DNA of 64,000 nt from an uncultured Bacteroidales bacterium (lineage in GTDB: Bacteria > Bacteroidota > Bacteroidia > Bacteroidales > ML635J-15), in assembly GCA_937899245.1 (NCBI GenBank), contig CALDKB010000047.1, forward strand, positions 8,884 through 72,883, written 5' to 3'. Below the pieces are notes generated by a model. The model searched no databases. It was not told the DNA's origin and saw only the letters and a list, made by a program, of their open reading frames with translations. This document shows, piece after piece, positions 1 to 8,463 of the stretch (positions are counted from its first letter, which is position 1; every line of letters begins with the position of its first letter). Both the position numbers and the translations under genes were made by a program.

Positions 1-1190
1 TCAGCCATTGTGACATCAAGCGACGAAAGGAAACGGCTTCTAACATCGGGAAGCGTATCCACTTCTTGCTTTATCTTGTAGCCCGTTCGCAGTCTGTAGC
101 GCGAATGTGAAATGCCAGCCGACAGGAATGTCTTGCTGCCAAGTATGCGCTTGTATTGTACCGATGCCATCACATTCCCCCACATATAACCAAGACGGAA
201 CTGCTGTGGATTCACATAATAACCTGTTTGCTTTTTGCTTCGCAATCCAAGGTAGTCGTCACCGATATAAAGGTTTACAGTAAGCTTGTCCTTGTCGGTA
301 GAACTCCACGAAAATTTTCCGTTTAGGTCGTAGAAACCATATCCGATAAGATAGTTCTGGTCGGCTAGATAAGATGCAAAGAGCAACAACGCGCCAATCA
401 TAGTCTTTCGTGCGCATACTATATAGCTTGAGTTTTTCAGTCCGGCAGGACCTTCAGCCGTAGCCGAAATGTCAGTAATACCGACATGCAGCGAACCGCA
501 ATGCTTGTTCTTGTTGCCTTCCTTCTGGGTTATGTCAACAATCGACGACAATTTGCCACCGTATCTTGCAGGGAATCCGCCCTTGTATATGCGTATGTCG
601 TTTATTATGTCGGGGTTGAAGGTTGAGAAAAATCCACCGAGATGATTTACATAAATGATAGGAACATTGTCGAAAAGGTACATGTTTTCGCCAGGATTTC
701 CACCTCTTACATTCAATACGCTTGTGCCTTCGCGCTGGGTGCTGATTCCTGGCAAAAGCGACATTCCCTTTGCAATGTCGGGCTTGCCACCCATTGATGG
801 AAGTTCGGATATTTCCTTTATGCTCATTTCCGACACATTACCGCCCTGCTTTCTGCCCTGCGCCATAACTGTTACCTCTCCTAGCATCTGCCTGTCGGGT
901 GCAAGCGAAATTCTGAGCGGAAGTTTTGTTTTTGCATCTACCGTAAGCCTTTCGGTTGCATAGCCTATGAACGATACCGAAACTTTTGCAGGCAACATGG
1001 TATGAAGGCAGAAATATCCAGAATTGTCGGTTACGCTCCAGCTATTTCCTGCGCTATCCACCACATTCGCACCAATAAGCACCTCGCCGGTTTCGGCATC
1101 GGCGACTATACCCGAAACCGAAACCTTGTTCTGGCAGATTGCAGCCAAGGTAATGCACGATAAAATCAATATTGCGATTAGCTTTCTCAT
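1..1190 (-). CDS. TonB-dependent receptor, N-terminal part only (gene runs off the left edge)
   Basis: Absent from the ORF track because there is no stop in the window. My minus-strand translation from the ATG at 1190-1188 gives MRKLIAILILSCITLAAICQNKVSVSGIVADAETGEVLIGANV... (signal peptide plus carboxypeptidase-regulatory-like domain). A plug-like stretch follows: PSMGGKPDIAKGMSLLPGISTQREGTSVLNVRGGNPGENMYLFDNVPI...IYKGGFPARYGGKLSSIVDI. Both parts are collinear with the 948-aa receptor at 2771-5617. The start overlaps the upstream stop (ATGA). Confidence 0.8.
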   Translation of the reverse strand, partial: MRKLIAILILSCITLAAICQNKVSVSGIVADAETGEVLIGANVVDSAGNSWSVTDNSGYFCLHTMLPAKVSVSFIGYATERLTVDAKTKLPLRISLAPDRQMLGEVTVMAQGRKQGGNVSEMSIKEISELPSMGGKPDIAKGMSLLPGISTQREGTSVLNVRGGNPGENMYLFDNVPIIYVNHLGGFFSTFNPDIINDIRIYKGGFPARYGGKLSSIVDITQKEGNKNKHCGSLHVGITDISATAEGPAGLKNSSYIVCARKTMIGALLLFASYLADQNYLIGYGFYDLNGKFSWSSTDKDKLTVNLYIGDDYLGLRSKKQTGYYVNPQQFRLGYMWGNVMASVQYKRILGSKTFLSAGISHSRYRLRTGYKIKQEVDTLPDVRSRFLSSLDVTMA

Positions 1191-2095
1191 CGTTGCCATA
1201 TATTTGGTGGATAAATTGTGTCGGTATGCTCGGTATATGCCGCAAATACTCCTAAACCGTTTTCAACATTCGAGTAAACGTTGAACACTACTGGATTGTC
1301 GATAATACCTTCGGAGTAGCGACCTTCATAATATAGGTAGTGCATTCGAGTGAACTTGTAGTAGTTCTCGTCAACAGCACGGAATCTCACAAGCAATGGA
1401 CGGATTATTTGGACTAGAGTATCGTTGTAAACTGCCCCGCCATGGACATGAGTCATAAACTTGAGCGTGACGGAGAAGTTTTCACCAGAAGCTAATTCGT
1501 TGGAGAACAGCGGCAACGGCAGTCCTTCGTTCTTGATAATCGGGTCGGTTATATCCAGAAGAGATGTCCCACCATAATGATCATATCCTTCTACTGTATA
1601 AATCTTTATCTCGTAATATTTGCGCTGATTTTTAATATTGCCGATAGTAGTAACAACTCCTTGCAAAAGTTCTCCAGAATCATCAACTCCCGCATTTGCA
1701 ATATATTCGAAACCGAGTGGAATTTCTTTCTGTGGCACTATGCAATGACACCTGGCGGTATCGCCATTATATGCAACCACACATTCAAGGCTATCGTTCT
1801 CGTTGGCTACAACAGTAGAAACATAATAGCCGTCGCCTTCGTAGCTTAAAGTTTCGGCAAGGTTTCCGTTTATATACAGATTAACCGCTGCATTATCTAC
1901 AAAGGCAAGGGTTGAATCGTTTATGTTACCCGTGAGCGAAACATTTACCAACAGCGGCTCGCCGGCCTTCGCTATTGAGTTTACCGTTATCTTCTGCGGA
2001 TAGTCGGGAAACTTGTCGGTTACGACCTTGCGGCAGGAGGATAATCCTGCAGCAAGTATGGCAACAATAAATATGTAGGGTACAAAGTTCTTCAT
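1187..2095 (-). CDS. DUF4249-family outer-membrane lipoprotein (302 aa)
   Basis: Lipoprotein signal (LAAGLSSC). The C-terminal signature YSNVENGLGVFAAYT is what I associate with DUF4249. Paralogous to 5614-6585. 4-nt ATGA overlaps on both sides. Confidence 0.7.
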   Translation of the reverse strand: MKNFVPYIFIVAILAAGLSSCRKVVTDKFPDYPQKITVNSIAKAGEPLLVNVSLTGNINDSTLAFVDNAAVNLYINGNLAETLSYEGDGYYVSTVVANENDSLECVVAYNGDTARCHCIVPQKEIPLGFEYIANAGVDDSGELLQGVVTTIGNIKNQRKYYEIKIYTVEGYDHYGGTSLLDITDPIIKNEGLPLPLFSNELASGENFSVTLKFMTHVHGGAVYNDTLVQIIRPLLVRFRAVDENYYKFTRMHYLYYEGRYSEGIIDNPVVFNVYSNVENGLGVFAAYTEHTDTIYPPNIWQR

Positions 2096-2649
2096 TTTGT
2101 CAGGAATCTAAAGCATAAGCCGAAATTTATAACATTCTGGAAATTACTTCTTTTAGGTTTGCCCGTAAGCATAAAGCCCCACCTGTATTCAAGATTAAGT
2201 CCTATGTGCTTTGCAAAATAAATGGAGGCTCCCAATCCGATGTCATCGCAGAGGTAGTAAAACACTCCATACGACTTAAAATAAATAAGGTTTACGGAGA
2301 AAACATCCGTTACATATACGCAAACGCGGAAAAACCTATTGTCTGGCTTTATGAAAAACGGCAATATGTGGAAATTGTTCTTGATTCCTACGAAATGTGT
2401 GCCTCTACCTAATGATTCTTTGCTTAGGCTATAGTACAATCCTGGTTCCCAGAATTTAGTCACACCATAGCAAGCCGACAGCGAAAAAGCATCTCTTCTT
2501 ACCCTTTGGACTTCTTCGTTCATTAAATCTCGTTTCTGCAGTGTGTAAGAAACATCAAAATAAAGTCTATCCTTAATATAGGCAGACTTCTGTGCAAAAG
2601 CCAACACGCTAATAGTGCTAAGAAAATATAGTAAGAACAAATGTTTCAT
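2092..2649 (-). CDS. small predicted outer-membrane beta-barrel-like protein (~185 aa)
   Basis: The ORF track gives 2092-2676. The internal Met at 2649 (MKHLFLLYFLSTISVLAFAQK) yields a clean signal peptide with Gln at +1. Alternating aromatic/hydrophobic strands and a C-terminal ...NFGLCFRF. Distant paralog of 6582-7178 and of the tail of the 948-aa receptor. Confidence 0.5.
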   Translation of the reverse strand: MKHLFLLYFLSTISVLAFAQKSAYIKDRLYFDVSYTLQKRDLMNEEVQRVRRDAFSLSACYGVTKFWEPGLYYSLSKESLGRGTHFVGIKNNFHILPFFIKPDNRFFRVCVYVTDVFSVNLIYFKSYGVFYYLCDDIGLGASIYFAKHIGLNLEYRWGFMLTGKPKRSNFQNVINFGLCFRFLTK

Positions 2650-2673
2650 ACCATCTTGTTTATTATTACCTAG

Positions 2674-2681
2674 CAAAGGTA
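2674..2681 (-). promoter_or_regulatory. candidate Bacteroidota -7 box (TAccTTTG on the minus strand) for the second cassette
   Basis: The plus strand reads caaaggta, which matches TAnnTTTG on the minus strand. It lies 25-32 nt upstream of the ATG at 2649. Confidence 0.35.
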
Positions 2682-2770
2682 AGTATAATATTGCACAGAA
2701 AAAAATATTTCGTAAGATTTATTTTGTAGATGGGGTGTCAACTTCGTTTATTTCAACTGGCGCAATAGTC

Positions 2771-5617
2771 TCAGAAATTCACATTCATTCTCCACGTCAA
2801 CACGTGATACTTGTTGTCGATGATTTTGCGTGGCGAGAACTTGTAGAAGAAATCCAACGAAATTCGCTTGCGGAACATGTTTACCGAAATACCCGGAGCG
2901 GCATAACCCGAGAAATAATCCGACTTTTTGATTCCCGCATTTGCGCCAGCGGTTTCCTCCTTTACGTGTCCATAGTAGGCAGACACTTCAAGGAACGGAT
3001 GGAAGTATTTCAGATATGGATATTTTACACGGCACAGCAGTCCGTAACGGGTATCGAATGTAGTCCTTGATACTTTGGTGTTTAGTTTGCCATTATCGTA
3101 GAAACCCGAGAACTCCGCACCTACCGACAAGTAATCGAATATTCCGTAGGTGTATCGTCCAGCAAAAACCAATGGCTTATAGAATTTCATGTCACCGAGA
3201 TAAGGATTTATCTGGAAACCAATAGAATGTCTGTGGAAAATTTCCTGAAATTCCTTTCGTGATTCCAAATATGGTCTTACGCGTTCGAGTAAACTTGCAG
3301 TGTTGAAATTTACACTATACGATATTGCTGGCATGAAGGGGAATATACTTAACTGATGCATATTGCCACCATAATCAATATAGTACAGATATGGATTCTT
3401 TCTATTATAAGCATTTATTACACTAAGAGTCAAAGTTCTTTCACCCCAGTGCAACGACTTTACGAAATTGAAACCAAGATCGAGACGATGATAAGGCTTC
3501 ATCCTGTAATTATAAATTTCATCATATACATAAGAAAACCTTCCGTCTTCGTTGTACATATATCCAACGGGAACGGTTATAGGCGCACCTGTTGCTATTG
3601 CCCAGTTTGCCGAAATTGAGAACTTGTTGCTTATCGCCCAGTTGAGCGAAATGCTGAAACTGTGCGTGCGGTCGTTGTCGGCAAGGAAGTACTCGCCTTT
3701 GTTTATTCCTTCGAACTGCCTTCTGTTTCGCGATAGCGAATATCCCATGAAACCTGTGAGACTTCCGCGAGTCTTGGTTAGCAAAAATTCTATTCCCATT
3801 GCCTTTCCATTACCTCCGGTAGCAAGCAGGTCGAGGTCGGTGATGTTTTCGATCATGCCTTCAACCGAAATATTACGCTTCATCATGGCAAGGTTCGACA
3901 TCTTCTTGTAGTAGGCTTCGATTGATGTTTCGAGCATTCCGTCAAGGAAACTGCGGGCTATGCCAATATCAAACTGGTCCGACTTTGCCGGCTGAAGTTT
4001 TCCAGTCGAAACTATCCATCGGTCGGCATAAATGTTCATCACATTGCCAGTAACGCATTGTATGTTCTGGTGTATCCGCGAATATGCCAGTTTTATTGTG
4101 AATACCTTTGGAATACTGAACGTTACTAAAGCGCGTGGTTCGGGCTGCCAGTACGACTTTTCCCCACCGATGTCGTAATAGTGCACCATGCGGAATCCAA
4201 TATTAGAAGATACGTATTTCCCGAAATACATTTCGCCAAGAATATATGCCGATGTTTCGTTGGAATAGATGTGAGATGCATGCTTTTTGTCATAGTACAC
4301 AAGCGAATCGTTTACATAACTTTGCAACTTTGTGCTATATGGCATCGACACGAAAAACGATTCGGAAATTCCAGCACGGAGCACCGATTTCCCCCACATT
4401 TTCCAACTTATGTCGGCAGCAAGGCGGACATCCATTATGTTTACCGCATTTTTGAACACAATAGAAGATATTGAATCGTGGTTATATGTGTCGTTGAACT
4501 TTGCAAGGCTCGTGCTGTGGTAGTCGGTGAGGCTAAGATTTATGCGGCTGGTGGTTCGGTCGTCGAACTTGTGGTCCCACTTCAGCGATGCCATCTTGTT
4601 GCCACCCGAAATTCGAAAACGCGAAACATCACGTTTCCCATAAACATCGTTACCGATTTTGTAGATGTCATCGCCAATGTAAGTTCCGAAACGCAAAGTG
4701 TTCTTATCGTTGAACTTATGGTTTATCTTGAAGTTTAAATCCCAGAATGTGTAGGCTATTTTCTGGTCGTGAAGAAACAGCGAAGAGGCAGGATACATAA
4801 TGAGGTCGTACATAAAACGGCGGATGGAAAACAGCATCGAGGTCTTTTTGTTTTTCAATGGACCACCGAGGCTCAACTTGCAGTCGAGCAGACCGATGGT
4901 AAGGTTTCCGCGCGTCATGTCCTCCACATTGCGTGTCTCCACCTCCATAACTGATGACAACCGTCCTCCATAATTGGCAGGAAATCCGCCTTTTATCAGG
5001 TTGGCGCTTTCAACAATGTCGGCATCGAATGTCGAAAGGATTCCACCAATGTGGTTTACGCTGAAAAGCGGAGTTCCGTCGAGGATGTAAAGATTTTGAC
5101 CGAAGTCGCCACCACGCACGCTTATGCCAGCACGACTTTCGTTACCTGCACCTACGCCCGGCATCATCTGGAAAGCTCGCATTATATCTGGCTCGCCACC
5201 TATGGAAGGAATGTATTTTATCTGTTCGCCTGTTAACCGCATTGTACTCACTTCCAGACGTTTTTCTATCGGCACTCTTTCAATTACAGTAACTTCCGAC
5301 AAGGTATGCCCCTGCTTCATTATTATGTCGAAATGCGTGTTTTTGTTGAGTTTCAGTGCGAACATCGTTTCGGTATAGGAAACGTGCGATACGTTTATCA
5401 GTACGCTGTCACCATTTTTGAAATACATTTCGTAGTAGCCGTATTCGTTTGACGAAGTGCCCTTGCCCGAATACACGTCGCTGAGGTTTGCATCGGCAAT
5501 ACGGTCGCGCGAACCTTCGCACACAACATATCCCGACAATTTCACGTCCTGCGCCGATGCTAGACAGCAAAACATTATCAGCATTGCCAATGTCAATATG
5601 TGCTTTACTTTTTTCAT
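2771..5617 (-). CDS. TonB-dependent receptor (CarboxypepD_reg + plug + barrel) with an extra ~177-aa C-terminal small-OMP-like domain
   Basis: 948 aa. Signal peptide ...CLASAQD, CarboxypepD_reg-like N-terminus, and plug motifs (IPSIGGEPDIMRAFQMMPGV, VRGGDFGQNLYILDG, GGFPANYGGRLSSVMEV). A canonical barrel terminus ...PAISYSVNF is followed by 177 more residues that resemble the 198-aa protein. Confidence 0.85.
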   Translation of the reverse strand: MKKVKHILTLAMLIMFCCLASAQDVKLSGYVVCEGSRDRIADANLSDVYSGKGTSSNEYGYYEMYFKNGDSVLINVSHVSYTETMFALKLNKNTHFDIIMKQGHTLSEVTVIERVPIEKRLEVSTMRLTGEQIKYIPSIGGEPDIMRAFQMMPGVGAGNESRAGISVRGGDFGQNLYILDGTPLFSVNHIGGILSTFDADIVESANLIKGGFPANYGGRLSSVMEVETRNVEDMTRGNLTIGLLDCKLSLGGPLKNKKTSMLFSIRRFMYDLIMYPASSLFLHDQKIAYTFWDLNFKINHKFNDKNTLRFGTYIGDDIYKIGNDVYGKRDVSRFRISGGNKMASLKWDHKFDDRTTSRINLSLTDYHSTSLAKFNDTYNHDSISSIVFKNAVNIMDVRLAADISWKMWGKSVLRAGISESFFVSMPYSTKLQSYVNDSLVYYDKKHASHIYSNETSAYILGEMYFGKYVSSNIGFRMVHYYDIGGEKSYWQPEPRALVTFSIPKVFTIKLAYSRIHQNIQCVTGNVMNIYADRWIVSTGKLQPAKSDQFDIGIARSFLDGMLETSIEAYYKKMSNLAMMKRNISVEGMIENITDLDLLATGGNGKAMGIEFLLTKTRGSLTGFMGYSLSRNRRQFEGINKGEYFLADNDRTHSFSISLNWAISNKFSISANWAIATGAPITVPVGYMYNEDGRFSYVYDEIYNYRMKPYHRLDLGFNFVKSLHWGERTLTLSVINAYNRKNPYLYYIDYGGNMHQLSIFPFMPAISYSVNFNTASLLERVRPYLESRKEFQEIFHRHSIGFQINPYLGDMKFYKPLVFAGRYTYGIFDYLSVGAEFSGFYDNGKLNTKVSRTTFDTRYGLLCRVKYPYLKYFHPFLEVSAYYGHVKEETAGANAGIKKSDYFSGYAAPGISVNMFRKRISLDFFYKFSPRKIIDNKYHVLTWRMNVNF

Positions 5618-6585
5618 CTGCGCATTATCGTGTCAGTCATTGTGGAATATGAAGCAAAGATGCCATATCCGTTTTCGATGTTTGAGTATATGTCAACAGG
5701 AATAGAGGAAAGGGTCTCTCCGTTTGCTAAATCTTCGAAAAAATCCTCTTCATGATATTCCTGCATCATACGGCTACGACGATATTCGTAGTACGATTCA
5801 GAAATGGACTTCACGGTGATTTCAAGGTCATATTTCGCCATTGCAACGTACATCAAGTAGTTATATATGACTTCCAAATTGTGGTTGCCGCTGCTGAAAT
5901 AGTCGTCAGTAAAAAGCAGTACTCTGTTGTTAAAAGGTAGACATTCGCTTTGCGTAAGCACCTTGTCGGTATTACGAGAACTATTGAAATAAATCCATTC
6001 ATATTCAACATCGTATTTGTCGCTTACAGCCCTGCAACTCATCTCATAAAAATTTCGCGATGGGATAGTGTCTTTTATCGTGAGGCTTAATCTTGACAAT
6101 GGATAACCTTCTTCGTCAACGGTAACAGTATCGCGAAAACTCATGTTGCTGAGCACAGGCATGTTGTACAATGTTGTTGTCGCCTTACATTCCTTATAGC
6201 CCGGAGCATTTACCACTAGTGTATATGTTGAACCGACCTTGGGGTATTTGTCCGAAACATAATAACCTTCGCCTTCATATTCTAGAGAACAGAGTAACAC
6301 ACCATCCTCGTATATCAAAACAGAAGCATCTTCGATACAATACTTTGGCTTTGGCACATGCAGGGAATATATATCCCCATTTTCTTGGGTATCATTCACC
6401 ACGTTATATGATTCTGGTGCAATTGGCATTACAGCGGAGATACTCACGCTAATAGGCGATTCGGGAGTAATTATAGAGTTTATTACTATGGCAGGCTCCA
6501 CATCGGGAAAGTCAAACTCGATTTCCCGATTGCAGGAGGAGAGCATTGCAAGCAAAAAAAACAATATTGAAATCCTTATTTTCAT
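5614..6585 (-). CDS. DUF4249-family outer-membrane lipoprotein (323 aa)
   Basis: Lipoprotein signal (LAMLSSC). C-terminal YSNIENGYGIFASYS signature. ATGA overlaps with both neighbours. Confidence 0.7.
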   Translation of the reverse strand: MKIRISILFFLLAMLSSCNREIEFDFPDVEPAIVINSIITPESPISVSISAVMPIAPESYNVVNDTQENGDIYSLHVPKPKYCIEDASVLIYEDGVLLCSLEYEGEGYYVSDKYPKVGSTYTLVVNAPGYKECKATTTLYNMPVLSNMSFRDTVTVDEEGYPLSRLSLTIKDTIPSRNFYEMSCRAVSDKYDVEYEWIYFNSSRNTDKVLTQSECLPFNNRVLLFTDDYFSSGNHNLEVIYNYLMYVAMAKYDLEITVKSISESYYEYRRSRMMQEYHEEDFFEDLANGETLSSIPVDIYSNIENGYGIFASYSTMTDTIMRR

Positions 6586-7178
6586 TTGCTGTTGAAGTTA
6601 TAGCCGATACGCCATGAGAAATATATCTTATGCTCTCCGATATTGCCACGATTCGAAAAATTGCACATTAAATCGAGTTGCAGATGATTCTTGAACATGT
6701 GAAAAGATATGCCAGGTGCGCCATAAATGCAAAATGAGTTAGTAATGGAACATTGGTTTTCAGAACCATAACAACCTTTGTTGTATTGTGTCCAATACTC
6801 ATATCCGACGAACAGTTCGACAAATGGGCGCACATAGTAAAAGCGATTTAATGAAGCCTTTCCAAATATTCCCGAAGTTATGCTATGCGATAAAGTAGTC
6901 CGTTGCTTCCATGTCCAAGCATAAATGTTAGCCCCGACACAAATATTTTTGTGTACTTTATAATTGTAACTTAACCCGAAATCGTAGGCATATCCGTTGT
7001 TATAAAAGAATTTATGATAACCCCTGATGTTCTTGGCTTTAGTGATGAAGTGGGGATTAAACCTTATACTGATATTGTGCTTGTATTCAAATTTTTCGTG
7101 TTGCTGCTCTTGTGCAAATGATACATTTGCAACAAGAATCAGCAACAAAAAAATGATATTTCTCATGCCTATTTGCAT
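6582..7178 (-). CDS. small predicted outer-membrane beta-barrel-like protein (198 aa)
   Basis: Signal peptide ...NVSFAQE (alternative start MRNIIF at 7166). Aromatic-rich alternating strands. The C-terminus GAPGISFHMFKNHLQLDLMCNF...YFSWRIGYNF parallels the receptor tail AAPGISVNMFRKRISLDFFYKF...LTWRMNVNF. Confidence 0.5.
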   Translation of the reverse strand: MQIGMRNIIFLLLILVANVSFAQEQQHEKFEYKHNISIRFNPHFITKAKNIRGYHKFFYNNGYAYDFGLSYNYKVHKNICVGANIYAWTWKQRTTLSHSITSGIFGKASLNRFYYVRPFVELFVGYEYWTQYNKGCYGSENQCSITNSFCIYGAPGISFHMFKNHLQLDLMCNFSNRGNIGEHKIYFSWRIGYNFNSK

Positions 7179-8215
7179 AAATTAGGATTACATGTTAGGT
7201 TAACTCGACCAGTACTCGGTGTACTTGCCCAAGAATCTATTGAGCCAATATGCATCTGTGGAGCTACTGTAACGTTCCATTTTTGGTGGTATATCAAATC
7301 ACCCTCTAACTTAGAGTCAAGAGTTCCTGAATTTGCGTAATGTCCTGTTTGATATGACCAAGTACCCATACAATACATATCAGCTCTGGCATTCAAGTCA
7401 CAACTTATTGTTCTTGAGCACCAAAACCATGCACCCGTCTTTTTTAGCGGTCTAATTAAATAGTGAACAATAAATAAAGCTGTTTGGCTTTGGCAATATA
7501 ATTCTTGGTAAACTTGTATACGGGTTTTATTATTTCCATTAATAACTTCGTTTTCCATCCCAGTTCCACAATTATATGCCGCATCTCTAATTTGTTCCGT
7601 TTTGTGATAAAACAATCTTTTGTACTTTGCTGTATCTTCCAAATATTCGACAAGATTAAGTGTTGTTATGTTCTTCATTTCGTCTTTTAAAGAAACATCT
7701 CCAATTATATAGTCGTTTCCGATATATTTGTACAAATCATTATCAATCTGAAACATCATATCCTTGTTCAGAAAACAACTGAAAGGAATGGCATCTGATT
7801 TAACATCCATTACATAGTCGCCTGCACTATCTTTTGACATTACTATATAGTCACTATATGTTTCTGCAATGTTTCTAAATTCTTCAACTGTATTAAAACT
7901 CTCAAAATCAATAGATTTGTACAGTTCTTCGCAAGTGCGCGCATACGAACAGAAATTTTTCCCTTTTTCATATTCGGCTTTTTCTTCCTCCGACAAACTA
8001 TAGTATTCTTTTAGCTGTTTTTGAAAATCTTCTATATTTTCAAATTTAAAAATGTTGCTAGATGCTGTAACTAGCTTTTTTGTGTCTAAGCTTTCTTCTT
8101 TTTCACAACTACAGTTAAACATTGTTAATGCACACACTACCATTACGTAAATGGCAACCTTTAATAAATCAATTCTTCTCATATTATTAATATGTTTTAA
8201 ATTAAACACACACAA
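7169..8215 (-). CDS. hypothetical Cys-rich secreted/lipoprotein (348 aa), first gene of the cassette array
   Basis: Long ORF, visibly AT-rich. The N-terminus (likely true start MRRIDLLK at 8182) has a hydrophobic segment ending FNCSC. About ten Cys in the mature part. No family recognised. Confidence 0.55.
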   Translation of the reverse strand: MCVFNLKHINNMRRIDLLKVAIYVMVVCALTMFNCSCEKEESLDTKKLVTASSNIFKFENIEDFQKQLKEYYSLSEEEKAEYEKGKNFCSYARTCEELYKSIDFESFNTVEEFRNIAETYSDYIVMSKDSAGDYVMDVKSDAIPFSCFLNKDMMFQIDNDLYKYIGNDYIIGDVSLKDEMKNITTLNLVEYLEDTAKYKRLFYHKTEQIRDAAYNCGTGMENEVINGNNKTRIQVYQELYCQSQTALFIVHYLIRPLKKTGAWFWCSRTISCDLNARADMYCMGTWSYQTGHYANSGTLDSKLEGDLIYHQKWNVTVAPQMHIGSIDSWASTPSTGRVNLTCNPNLCK

Positions 8216-8463
8216 AACTAATCAATAATCCAATACAAACAAAATGTTTTATAACATATAATTTTAATATCTGTTATAATATTCATTTTGTGCTTTTTTG
8301 CTGTTAAAGGCACCAATGCATGTCGTTGTCTCTGCCATGCTGAGCGATTTGTACTGAGCATAGCCGAAGAAAGTCGAAGCGCAGCCTACGACATTGCACT
8401 TCCAGAGCTCCTGCCTTGACAATATTCTGCTAATTGTCAATTTTTAATTGATTGGTCCGCAAA

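Noticed and set aside
655-1284. Plus-strand ORFs (102 aa and 86 aa) at the left edge.
   Set aside because: They are antisense to the partial TonB-dependent receptor, whose plug motifs I could read on the minus strand.
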